DNA from: Vicugna vicugna
Taxonomy: Eukaryota
Direction: 5' to 3'
Assembly (NCBI GenBank): GCA_013265495.1
Contig: MU058781.1
Span: 786,963-850,962, forward strand
DNA: 64,000 nucleotides
Made by a program: the position numbers and the translations under genes. Under the pieces are notes generated by a model. It did no database searches. It had not been told where the DNA came from and was given only the letters and a program-made list of their open reading frames with translations. This document shows positions 50,521 through 62,300 of the stretch, one piece after another. Numbering within the stretch: the stretch's first letter is position 1; each line of letters opens with the position of its first letter.

Positions 50521-52419
50521 CAAGGCTTTCCATGATGCCGTGGTCACTGATGTTTTCTCGTCCTGGGGTGTCAACTTAAATTTTTAATTGAAATAGGCCT
50601 CCAGTTGCCCAGATCAATAATAGGGTTCAGTTGTTCAGAACATTAAAACTTTTTTCTCTGAATATCTATAGGAGTTAGCATATAGAGATACTTGAACGCA
50701 AGGATGCCAGAAATGCTCTGTATCAAAGGGTCCACCAAAGGAGATGAGAGGTGTCCAGTCCAATGTCTGTGTCATCAGGCACGAGGAAGATGTCTTTCAT
50801 TTTGACATTTTAAGAAAGCCACCAAATGGCTCAGGTAAAATTACAAACAAACACACTGTAAAACATCATGTCAAAACCAAACCAAACAAAAAGCCCCAGA
50901 AGCCGCCTTGCAGTGGCATGTGAGAAAGTATTTGAAAATGGTTTCATGCCATTGCTTTTTTCACTGTGGTGAGATGAAAACAAACAACATGATTTTTTTT
51001 TTTTATGTGTTAACAATGTACTCTCTCAGGCTAAGACCTTGTATTCCAAGTCGAAGCCTAGGGCAAAATTTTTATAGCTGAATTATAAATCCCCCAAAAT
51101 AGAGATTTATAATGGAAATTCTAGAAACCCGTACCTAATATATCTGTGCTACCTGGAGCCCGTCTAATGAAAGGCGGGCTCTGAGACTTTCTTCCAGATA
51201 ACTTTCCTAACGAGATTAAATAATGAAAGGGTGTTCGGATGAAATATTTAAGATACAAACCCTTTTTTGGTACCAGCATGTATTGCAGGAGGCTCTAAGC
51301 ACTGAAAAACATAAACAAAAGAACCCGTTATGGTTGGGTAGAGGAATGCAAGATATGAAAAATTCTTTGGGGAAATGATGGGTTATTAAGGTATGGACTG
51401 TAATATCATCGTCAATCTATAAAACTTTTACAACCTATTCTTATTTGCACAGAGATTACATCCCCAAAGCTCAGCGCCAAAGACACATGTTAATAAGCTC
51501 ACAACTTTTAATTAAGCAATATGTAAAAGCAGATCCCCATTAAGCCGTGATTTGTGGGCTAGTTCATTGCAGTGGGCCCCAACCACCAGACACATATTCA
51601 ATACAGATCAAGCAGTCTGCATATTCTCCAGCTTAATGTGAGCCTACCAGTGATGTTTTATTGCCAGTTCAGGAGAGAGGTTCAGAGACAGTGTTTTCCC
51701 CCAAAAGACTAAGACAGAGATCAAAACCTAATGACCCCATGGTGCTTACTTAATGAAATGACTCATCGGCATTGTTTATTTGCATAACACAATAATTACT
51801 CATACAGTTAATTATCATACATCTGATGATCTGACCTGAGGGGTTAGGGTTTTTATTATCATAAACCCATAGAGGGCAGTCCCCGTGGTTGGTTTGGGTA
51901 GTTGGGAGCAAGATTAAATTCCCATTTACTTCAGTTTGGTTGGTTATTGGACAATTAGTTAAGCGAAAAGAAAATGAGGCTGAATCTTTCCTCCATAAGG
52001 TGAGTTCTCCATGGATGAAAGTGTTAATTCTAAAAAATAAAACCATGGAACAATGAGGGGAGAATGTGATCTCTTGATTGGGAACATTTGTAAAAGAGGG
52101 GAACAGACAGAAGAAAACACTGGTATATGTGACTGTGTGGACAATAAAACTTTCTGCATAGAATATAACCATCAAATATCTTTAAAAAACGATGTATGAT
52201 ATCCTGAGCCTAAATATTTGAGTTATTTAATCAATCACTCAGCTGACTCACTGAATAAGTATTTATTCAAAAGTCATTGTGCGCCAGACCTTCAATAGCA
52301 CATAGACATGCATAGATTCAGATGATGGTTGTACATATATTTGATAAAACAGCTGGTACCCAGTGAGTGTCCATATGAATAGGTACAATCATATGCATAT
52401 AGTTACTCCTGACCAGTCA

Positions 52420-53710
52420 TCAAAATCTTATCCTTTGCTTGTGTTGATGCTTTGGATTGCATTTTAAAATTTCATTCATTGTATTCTTCAGCAACAGATT
52501 TTCTGGTTTTTTGCTTTTCCTTTTTTTTGTTGTTGTTGTTTTTAATGATTTCTGTGTCTCTTTCGATCTCATTTTGTTCATGTATTGTTTTCCTGATTTC
52601 ACTGAAAGACCTTTCTGAGTTCTTGTGGGTTAGTGAGCGTCCTCAAAGCCACTATTTTGAGTTTTTACTGGACGAATCACAAATCTCTCATTTCGGGGGG
52701 TCAGTTACTGGAAAACTTTTGTGTTCCTTTGGTGCTGTTGTGTTTCCTTGATTTTTTTCATCTTCCTCAAAGTCTTGAATTGCTGTCTTTGCGTGTGAAG
52801 AAGTAGTCGCCTCCTCCAATGTTTAGTCATTGACTTCAGAAGAGAGCACTTTCTGTCTGCCTTGCTAAGGCTTCTCAGGCTTTCTCGGGCTTCTTCCGAG
52901 GATACCCCTGCTCCACGCTTCTTCTTTCCTTTTGGTGGGGGAATTATTAAGATTATATGGCTTCTCTGATCCTGCAAATTCGGGCAGGACAACCTCTTCC
53001 TAAGGTGGTCTTGAATGCTCTCAACTTTGTGTGCTTTTTCCAAATCCTGCAGAGTTGGACCAGCTTTTCTCATCACTAGCCATCTGCAAAGACTTGCACT
53101 CTCCACCCGTGGGTGAGCACCTGGCGTGCTGACTAGGAGGTGGGGGGTGCGGGCGAGACAGGTGGAGCACTGTGGGTGCCCATGGGCCGGTTGAGGGTGT
53201 TCACAGGGGAGGTATCCCCAGTGATTCATGGACAGGGTTTCTGACAGAGGCTGCGACATGTTTAGTAGGATCTGGGTTCCTTTGAGTATCTCCAAGCCCT
53301 AGCGGCTGCTCTTCCCACGTCGCCCACCCTCAGTATCCTGGCCGGGCAGGAAGGAAGCAGGCCTTATTGGCGGCAGCATACACAGCTGGGGCAGCTGGAT
53401 GCTCACTCACACCCTCTTACTTCTCACATGATGGGCAAGATCACTGGCCAGGAGGGTTCGTCCTGGCACTGCGCCGCGCTGCCTTGGGGAAGGGATGCTG
53501 CATGTAAAGTGGAACTGTTCCTCTTAACCCTCGTAAATGCAGCTCATCCTGGATTTTTTTTTTTTGACCCAATTTGGTGCTAGAACTTCTCCAGTGGACT
53601 CCAGGACTCCCACAAGGTATGCTCATCCATGGATATTGTCAGAATTCATGTTCGCTGGGGCAAAGGTGGTCGGAAAGTCCTAATTTACCTTTTGCCCATG
53701 TCACCTCTCT
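52420..53710 (-). mobile_element. Old L1M 5' UTR / ORF1-start fragment
   Basis: Minus strand aaggaaacacaacagcaccaaaggaacacaaaagttttccagtaactgacccc and K/E/Q-rich coiled-coil-like translations (MKSGKQYMNKMRSKE...) typical of L1 ORF1 N-termini. Confidence 0.75.
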
Positions 53711-53749
53711 AAATCCTCCCAGCGCAATTGACTGAATCTCTCTTTCTTG

Positions 53750-54970
53750 ACTGAAGTATGGGAATTGATAATAAACTCTATCAATAAGGTCATTTTTATT
53801 TTTATTTTACTGATGTTATACATGTACTAATATGCTTTTTAATGATGAGTCATTGTTCAGCGATTCAGAAAAACTTTTTTAGGGACAGGATGGTGTTCTT
53901 AGTTCAGTGCTGTACAGAACCTGCTCATCTTTTCCTCCAGTCCGTAGTTCTTGTGTTTGTACGAATGTCTGTGTGTGGATAGAGGGCGTGTTCTCGACAT
54001 CCCCGTGGGCTAGCCACCACTCTCATATATATGTATTCAGCTCATATAGACTTAAAATGGTTAATAACTCATAGTCTTCAGTTATTTAGAATAATTTAAA
54101 TTGCAGAGGATTTATTAGTTCCTTGATTATTTTATTTCAATAAGAAATCCATCTAGCCTACGTAGTTTTCTTCTGAAGCATGTTGTCCAGAATCCTTTAA
54201 AAATATTTGCTCTATTTATTAATTTGGAAATTGAACCTCTCAGAGATAAATTTGATACTTGGAAATATTATCCTATTGAAATATGTTAATCTATCACTAC
54301 AGAGCTATGGATATTAAACTTTTACATGCTATGTCTCTTCTTTATCTGTGGTTATACCACACCACTCTGATCTCCAGTGTTGTATGTGTGCAGTTTTTCT
54401 CTTTTTCCTCACTCTTCCCAGGAGTGAAAACTAATGTTGGGTTTTGTCACTTAAAATTTTTTAATATTTATTTATGCTCCTATTTTCTGTTCATACTTTC
54501 AGCTTTGGAAGATTTATTCTTTTTTATATATTTTTTTCTAACCTTGATTTCATTTGTTTAAATAATAAAAGTGTTTCTATCTGAATGTAGCTTTGGCTAC
54601 ATCTCATAAGTTTTCATAAATAGCATTCTAATTGCTTCATTATCATTAGTTTCTTAATAACTTATGATTGCAATTTTTATTTCCTCTTTGGCCCACAAGT
54701 AATTTAAAAAGCTCTTCAACATGTATCCTTTTAATACAACTTGCATAATTTTTAAATTGCTTTTTGTGCATTATTATCTGACTATGTATTGTACAACTTC
54801 TGTTTTGTGTGATTTAGTAATTTTGTTCTCTTTTGTTGGAGAATCCTATTATACAATATAATTTTATAAATGTGCCATGAGCACAAGAAAACATGATTTT
54901 ATGTTGACATTATAAAACATTAACATTCTTCTGTGTAAATTACCCTGATTTGTTGTATTGTTCATGCCAT
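53750..54970 (-). mobile_element. Ancient L1ME-type ORF2 remnant
   Basis: T-rich; gctttggctacatctcataagtttt...atttcctctttggcccac typical of the reverse L1 endonuclease region. Confidence 0.55.
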
Positions 54971-55429
54971 CTGTATTAGTGGGTAGCTGGAAGATTGTCA
55001 TAATTACATTCAGTGCCTTTTAAAAATACACATTTCCAGGAACCACCCATGGCCTTTTAAAACAAAGTATTCAAAGATTGTTTCCAGGGTTATTAACTAT
55101 TAAAAGTATTAAGTTTGCCTCCTGACTCATAATGAAGCTGGGTTTTGTTTGTTTTTGTTTTTGTCTTGTTTTTCTTCTGTTTCACCTGTACGTATTTTTC
55201 CCAACAGCTGTTACAAGGATTGCTCCTAGGGAGAACTTTTGGTGTGCACACACTTTTGAAAGCTCGCTCAGTGGCTGATCCTCCGGCAGCCGGCTGTGCG
55301 TGGAAGCCTGAGCTTGTGGTCAGTAAGAGTTAAATTGATCTGCTTAAGAAATGACCCAAGAGGTAGGGGCCGGAGGACCCTAAAAGCCCCACGGGAGAGG
55401 TTCATCAGATTTGGAGGGCTCTCTAGTGG

Positions 55430-56040
55430 GTGGTTGTGAGATGCAGTTTTTTTAATAGAGGGGTCAGTGTTTGCTTCCAGTGAGAAGGTGCCATTTGAGC
55501 AAAGACAAGGAAGAGGCGAAAGAGTTAGCTGGCAGACCCCAGGAAGGATTTAGTGGTGTCCATGCCAGCTTTAACAGACAGCCTGGAATGACCCTTTCAG
55601 CTGAAAAAAACAGGTATGTTTGGGGAATAGGAAAAAGCCAGACTGACGGTGCTTAGTGAATTCAGGCAAGAGCGCGTACGGCTGTGCTAAGGAGATGGTG
55701 ACTCGGCTGCCTGTGACTTGCGGTCATCCTGAGGGCGCTAACCCAGCGGGAGTCTGCGCAAACGAGTCACGTGTTTTGACTTATTTGTAAAGGGTCACAT
55801 CAGTTAATGCATTGAGAATGGGTCAGTGAGGTGAGAGTAAAGACAGGGAAATCCGTAGGAGAAAACTGCAAAAATCCAAGAGCGCGATAGTGGTGGAGAA
55901 TTGAGTGATAGTGAGTCAGATTCTGGGGTGACTTTCAAAGTACATGCAGGAGTTCCGGAACGGTTGCCGTGGGGCCCAGGGGAGCGGTACACGTCAGGGT
56001 GGCTCTTCACGTCTGACCTAGCTCCCCCTAGATGAATTCC
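55430..56040 (-). mobile_element. L2 LINE fragment
   Basis: ccagtgagaaggtgccatttgagcaaagac...gaaaactgcaaaaatccaag...gtcagattctgggg. Confidence 0.65.
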
Positions 56041-56044
56041 CACC

Positions 56045-56740
56045 TTTCTGTGACTGTGCTACTTGCTTTGATCCTGTGAGTGGAAGAGACATGGTTCACA
56101 TCTTCCTAGAAGCTTAAGAGCCTGTCGTGCTGCCTCATACTCCTCCTCCTCTGCTGGGACAGCCAGCAGCATGCTAGAGGGCGGTTCCGCCATGGACCGG
56201 AGCGCGGGGCGAGAATGATGACAGTGCTGTGCAGAGCCTGGGGGCCTGTGCTGGACGTGCAGCAGGTGCCAGAAGTAACCTTTCCTACTTAAACTAGCAG
56301 TTGTTTCCAGCAATACCTTGGGAGTTGTAATCTATCTAATGAGCTTGTATCTAGGATCTGAAAACACGGAAAAAACAGAATATTAGGAGCACGTGTTGGA
56401 TACTCCCGGCTGCACTTGACAATGTGCTACAAAAAGGGATGAACTTAAAGAAGACTATTTGCTGATAAGCAAATAGAAATGAGGGATGAAGGGAGTGGAA
56501 GAAGGTTGGTTAGAACTACTTTTGCTGCCACCACAAAGGGGACCATTAAGAAAATCAGGCTATGTGCTCATATAAGCGTAGAGTCAGTTGAATAACTGAA
56601 GTGGGACAATCAAGGCCAATCAAAGACAAGCTGGACTGAAAATACACAGTCAGCTTCGGACGAAAAAAGAAACTTCAGGACATTCGCTGATGATAATCTG
56701 TCTCTTGGAGCTCAGCTGAAACCCCTTTAAGCTCCCTTCC
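56045..56740 (+). mobile_element. Old MLT1 (K/L-like) LTR remnant followed by MLT1-internal-like sequence
   Basis: LTR-like gcagagcct...tggacgtgcagca...agaagtaacctt; then cgtgttggatactcccggctgcacttgacaatgtgctacaaaaagggatgaact resembling MaLR internal sequence. Confidence 0.5.
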
Positions 56741-56899
56741 TGACCAGGAAACTCTCATCCCATGCGGTCAGCTCTGGACCAGGTGAGGCCTGTTGTGAGG
56801 TGGCCTTTTTCCAGGACAGGGGTGGACAGAGTGCATCAAATGTTCAGATAGTGCAGCTATTCTGTCCCATCATGTAACCCCCAAACCACAATTCTGTGT

Positions 56900-57040
56900 C
56901 AGTGAATTAGTGAATACTATTTGACATCTCTCAGAGAGGTTGAGTAACTTGTCCAGTGTCATACAGCCAGTAAGTTATAGAGAAGGATTTCAACCTGGTC
57001 CTAACTTCCAACCTGGCCCAGCTCTTAATCATTATGCTGT
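56900..57040 (-). mobile_element. MIR SINE fragment
   Basis: ctcagagaggttgagtaacttgtccagtgtcatacagccagtaagt...ggatttcaacct. Confidence 0.75.
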
Positions 57041-57709
57041 ACTATCTTACTCATTCACTCATTCATTCGTCCACTTATCATCTAATTATTGAGTTCTTAT
57101 TGTGACTCACATGTTGGGGAGGTTATATTTAAGGAATTTATATCATTTTAGGAAAGATTTTCCAGCTCATCCCAGGATTTTGACAGATTAAGGAAATCGA
57201 TCAGAGAAGGGCCTCTAAATCCCAATCTGTCCTCATCCTGCAAACGTCCTCACTGTCCAATGTCAAGCAGACCCTCCACCCAACAGATCTCCGTGTTCCT
57301 GCCATGAGACCAATGTCTCACTAATTAATACAGATATTTGATGCTATGTAAAGCATTGCAGGCATTGGTCGAGTAGGCAAAAAATTAAATTTTTGTGTGG
57401 CTTAGTGGCACTTTTCCCGGATCCCTGAAGGGAGCACCAGTTACGTCCTCACCCTTGAGTATATCCGCCCTCCCCAGCCCCCAGCTCCTCCTCAGGCGCG
57501 AAAAGGAAAATATGTGTAAATGCACTGTATTCGAAGTAAAAGGATACATCTTTTTTATATTAACAAAATGATGAGGCTTACTTTATTGCACTCAGTCAGC
57601 TTCTATCTAGTTAGGGCCTATCGTTTGCCCAGGCGCTGAGATGGAGTAGCTGGCAGGTTCTCACGAGGATCTCAAAGCCAGTTATGGCCGTTTGCGAGCT
57701 CCTGGAAGG

Positions 57710-57724
57710 AGCGCCCCCTGGTGA
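57710..57724 (-). promoter_or_regulatory. CTCF core motif (reverse)
   Basis: Reverse complement TCACCAGGGGGCGCT, one mismatch from CCACCAGGGGGCGCT. Confidence 0.55.
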
Positions 57725-57872
57725 CGGCAGTGAGAGTTCTCACTTGCCGTGGTGATTTTCCTGTCCCTGGAGGTGTTTAAGATTACGCTGGATGGCCAAC
57801 TGGAAGAGATGAGGTAGAAGGAATTTGTGTTCCATTTAACGGGACCAGGTGACACTGTACACAAATATGCAT

Positions 57873-57876
<4 letters not shown>

Positions 57877-57922
<46 letters not shown>

Positions 57923-57927
57923 CGCGC
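57877..57927. repeat. Compound microsatellite (TG)19(CG)6
   Basis: Read directly. Confidence 0.95.
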
Positions 57928-58839
57928 AGATGTGAGTGTGAATTCTTAGTGACCAGAAAAGACCGTTTTGGAGATAGCTCCTTGAACAGGCACTTATAAA
58001 ATGGAAATATCGTAATGCCATCCAGGCTTTTTCCTGCTTATCCAACCATTATCAGTTGATTTATTTAATATAACTGAGGACCAAGAAAAACTGGAAATAC
58101 AGCTTCCACTGGAATGCTCTCAAGCTGTGATTGTTGAAGTGATAAGTAATTTGCTTTTAATGCTAGCGCATACCACTTAGCACCATATTTAACTGAAGGA
58201 TGAAAATCACTCATTTTTCATCTACTTGCTTAACTGACACTCAGTGTAATCTATCTGTTGTCACTGAGCCTAATATAAGGAAAATTTAACAGAGCTCACT
58301 TTTAAATTTACAGCAAGCATTTAAATTTTTAATTCCTTCTTATTTATATTTTTATTCCTTAATAGAATTTAATTTCAAATGGAGACTCTATTTGGGCATT
58401 AAGAGCACAGTGGGTACTAGCAAAAATGATCTATTAAAAATGTTTTTTATTTACTGTTTTCAATTATAGCCATAGCTTTTACTGTGTATTATCTCTAGGT
58501 GAGAAAAAACATCAGTGTGAACAACACAAGTCATCTAGTAACTATAATACTAGAAAAGTTACCCATGAGATAATTGGAAAAATATGCACAGTTTATAGAT
58601 AAGTTTATAGATAAAGCAAAGCTTGTTTTACTTACAGATTTTTGAAAAATGATTATTAGCATCATACTGAGGAAAAACTGATGACTGAATTTACAGATAC
58701 ATACAGCCCCACAGAAACCTACCTTGAATTTTGAAATAACACTCTGCTCTGTGTGTACATGTGTGTCCACCGGGGATGGTGTACTGGGGACTTTCATGTG
58801 AGCACACTGCTCCTGTAGAGCATCTATTAACAAAGACCA

Positions 58840-58968
58840 GGGAGCAGGGACAGCTCAGTGGTAGAGCATGTGCTTAGCACGCACAGGTTCTGGGTTCAAT
58901 CCCCAGGACCTCCAGGAAAAAAAGTAAACCTAATTTCCTCCCTCCAAAATTAAAAAAGTTAAAAAAAA
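58840..58968 (+). mobile_element. Vic-1-type tRNA-derived SINE (more diverged)
   Basis: cagctcagtggtagagcatgtgcttagcacgcac...gggttcaatccccaggacctcc...aaacctaatttcctccc plus A-tail; TSD only degenerate. Confidence 0.88.
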
Positions 58969-59300
58969 TAAACCACCCCCCCCTTATCCATGGAATTACT
59001 GTTTGCAACACACAAGGGGCCACAGAAAATGAGAGGGATTGATTATAAGAATAAAAAGTTCCCTTTTTTCATTTATTTTTCTATTGAGACACTAACCACA
59101 CATTTATATCTAAAAAAAAAAGTCTATATTAGTTTATTTCAATGCCAATGCAAATGTGGTACTTACTTCAGAGGTAAGACAGTACCCAAATCTTGTATCA
59201 GTGTTGGACTAAGTTATAGCACTGAGTTCTTGAACATTACATGGGTCTTTTTAATAAGAAAGGACTCCAGAAAAGACATATTAGTGAATCTCTACCCACA

Positions 59301-59321
59301 ACACACACACACACACACACG
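59301..59321. repeat. (AC)10 microsatellite
   Basis: Read directly. Confidence 0.85.
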
Positions 59322-62300
59322 TATAATATTAATGAAAGTGTTAGACTAACTTATATGTTGAATCTGTTACCTAAATACTTAAGGGTCAGTGAGATCACTT
59401 TAAAGACAAGGAAAACAGTTATAAATCAGCTAGAAGAACAAAACACTCTGCAGACTTGATTTTACAATATTGAACAACTCGTGCTTTGCAGCACTACAGT
59501 AGATGTTTTTTGGACTAGGAAACACACTGTGGCCACGGGCAGTCTTCAGGGGCAAGAAAATACTGTTTTTCTTAATTGTACGCATCCTTCCATTAGGCCA
59601 CCAATCCCTAAGGGAAATAAAAAAAGAAAAGTATCAATTGATTGCTGCTCTCTCATTGTTCATTCAACTCACTGTTGTGATTAAATTAAATAAAAAGTTA
59701 AGTGAAACTTGGGTTACCAGTTTATACTTTTATCCAACGAACACTGACTGCTCACTTGCTAGCGCAAAGGGCAGTACCGCGGCCCGGGAAGGGTCACGCT
59801 AACTACAGCAGACTGTGACCCCTGCCCTCAGAGAGCGTCACTTTTAGTAAGAAAAGCAGACACAAAAGCGACAGACCTGTAAAGTCAGTGGGTAGTTTTA
59901 CTAATTCAGTTACGCAAATGACAGTTCAGCTACGTTTGCTTTATCAACTCGACCTGATGATCTAATGAAACACAGTGTAAGATGCAGAAATTGACTTACA
60001 CGTATACATTCATTTCTCCTTAGGATGTTCTGTACGGATACAGGTCCATCGTAGAACTCCCCACTTTTTCGGGGTGGGATGGGCTCCGTCTTGGCACCAT
60101 GAATGGTAACACGATAAAGGCCAGGCCCTCGTCCTTCCCCCATCTCTCCTTCACACCCTCTTCCCAGCAGCAGGTATTTACTGAGCTCCTGCACAGGACC
60201 AAGCACTGTCCTAAGTCTGGTTAATAGGAAAATTCATCTGAAAAATTCTCCACACGGGCAGTCCGTGCTCCGATGGGAAACGTAAGGCATGCAAGTGGCA
60301 TAGAAAGCTATTGAGTGAACGTGGAGGTGAGCATCCGGTGATGAGAGCTGTGAGTAATCACGCTGGCAGGCGTGGCGGTGGGGAAGGCAAGAAGTCACTG
60401 ACACTGATATTCAAGCATCATCTGGAAGGAAGAGTCCGGTGGCCTGCGGTGTGCAGGTGCAGTAATTTAAGCCATTACAACATGCTTAGAATGTTTACTA
60501 GTTTCTGTAAACTTGAGATCTGTTGACAGAGATGTTGATATATGTTGATCTGCCTTCAATCATAGCCATAAAAGATGGAAGAAATAGACAGTAGATGCAT
60601 ACGCTAATTTCTGCCAACAGAGGGAACATGTAGTGTAATCCTTAATGCAAATGTCTTCCGTAAAATTGAGGATCTCCTACTAGTTAGATGATAATGAGAG
60701 ATGGGGATTGAAAAATCACCACCATCAGATGTGTTCGTGTTTCCCGATTGTAGGTGCCAATTTCGACCTCTCTAACAAACACTGCTTTCTGTTTGAGAGA
60801 AGTGACTGTCAGAACACCTGCTCACCCTTCCTTAAAAGCACAAGGGAAGATACCCTCTGTGTTTATTGCTCTACAAGGAGGGCAAAGGACCCTTAAAGAT
60901 GCAAGATTTTTTATAAATGCTAAATGAAGGGGAGAGGGGATTTATGGAGACTTGGTCATGTCACCGTCCAGCCGTTCCCCTGTTCCCTCCAAATGAAAAA
61001 GTGCTGCTGCAGGAGAGTGTGCAACCACCTCCTGCCCCTCTTCACGGTCCACGGCGGATGTGGATGCGGAGCTCTCTCTAAGCTAAGGGAGTCAGCAGGA
61101 GTCTGCGTTCTCTGAAGACCTACTGGGGGCGCCCATGACTTCCAGCTGTGGCTCCCAGCACCGGTTATTGACTTTGAGTAAGTTACGTGTTCTAAGGCAG
61201 TAGGCGGAGAAGGAAGCTGGACTTTGTCTTCTCACCATGACCTGCCCCTACCATGGAGCTTTAAGAAAACAAGAAGGAAAAGCACCTCTTAGGGCATTCG
61301 TGTACAGCAATGAGGGAAATCTTTAATCAGGGGGAACGTACCTTTTTACTTCAATGGCTTCTTTTCATTTCCCTTGATTTAATATCCAAGGAATCTTCCA
61401 GAGTATGGTCCGCTTCACTGAAATGTTCCTGCAGAGCGGTGCGCACTTCACTGGGGATAGACTTTAAGCCGCTGATATCGCCAGACACCTGAAAAGTGGT
61501 GATAAAGTGGCACATATTCACTTATCACATTTCAAAGAAATACTTAGGCAGAATGAACAAAAGCTGTGATTTTTTTCCCCCTGGAAAAAAACATTACAGC
61601 TTGGACGTGCCCTGAAATGCCATTATTGTTAACCTAATTCCACATTTTAACAGAAGCTTTCAATTTACATTTTATGGTTTGGCTCCATTTCTTTCTGACT
61701 TTGACAATAATTTTATAACACACCCAAAATACAAACGAACATTTGTATACTATTTACTAATACAGAACACAGGGTCATAATTAGCTATTTAAACACATTT
61801 GAAAAGTGAATTATCATAATCCTACGGAAACCAAAAACAAGTCAAAATAAAATACAAGACTGGGATTTTCTGTTTTGCCTCTAATGACTTTTGTGTGATG
61901 AAATGGATAGAAAACAAAAATATCACAGGAAAGCACAGGACAACATTCCTTTTAGTAGGAACTCATTGTCCCTAGAGAAGCTTTCTGTATACACAAGACT
62001 AATTGTCTTTGAGCGCAACTAGCTACCATGCCAACATCCTGCTTCACTTGTCACACACAGTTTGGGTTTATTTCTGGGCTGTTTATAATAATCATCAATT
62101 TCACTGACTTCATCTGTCTCTCCTACATCTTGAAGGTATCTCACATTTCCAAGAATTCTGCTGAACGACTGTTTTCCCCAGAACTTATGGCCTCTTGAAC
62201 TGCAGGCTGTGCCGATGGGAACGTCAGGGAGCCACGGCTACATCTGCCCTGGTAAACTGAGTGCACGTCTCTGGATAGCAAAGGGGACGTCTACTATCTT

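Noticed and set aside
52705..53295. Longest ORF (196 aa, minus strand)
   Set aside because: Lies within a decayed L1 5' UTR/ORF1 start; chance open frame
61119..61133. CTCF-like cctactgggggcgcc (also weaker ones near 44547, 55730, 56172)
   Set aside because: Multiple mismatches at informative core positions
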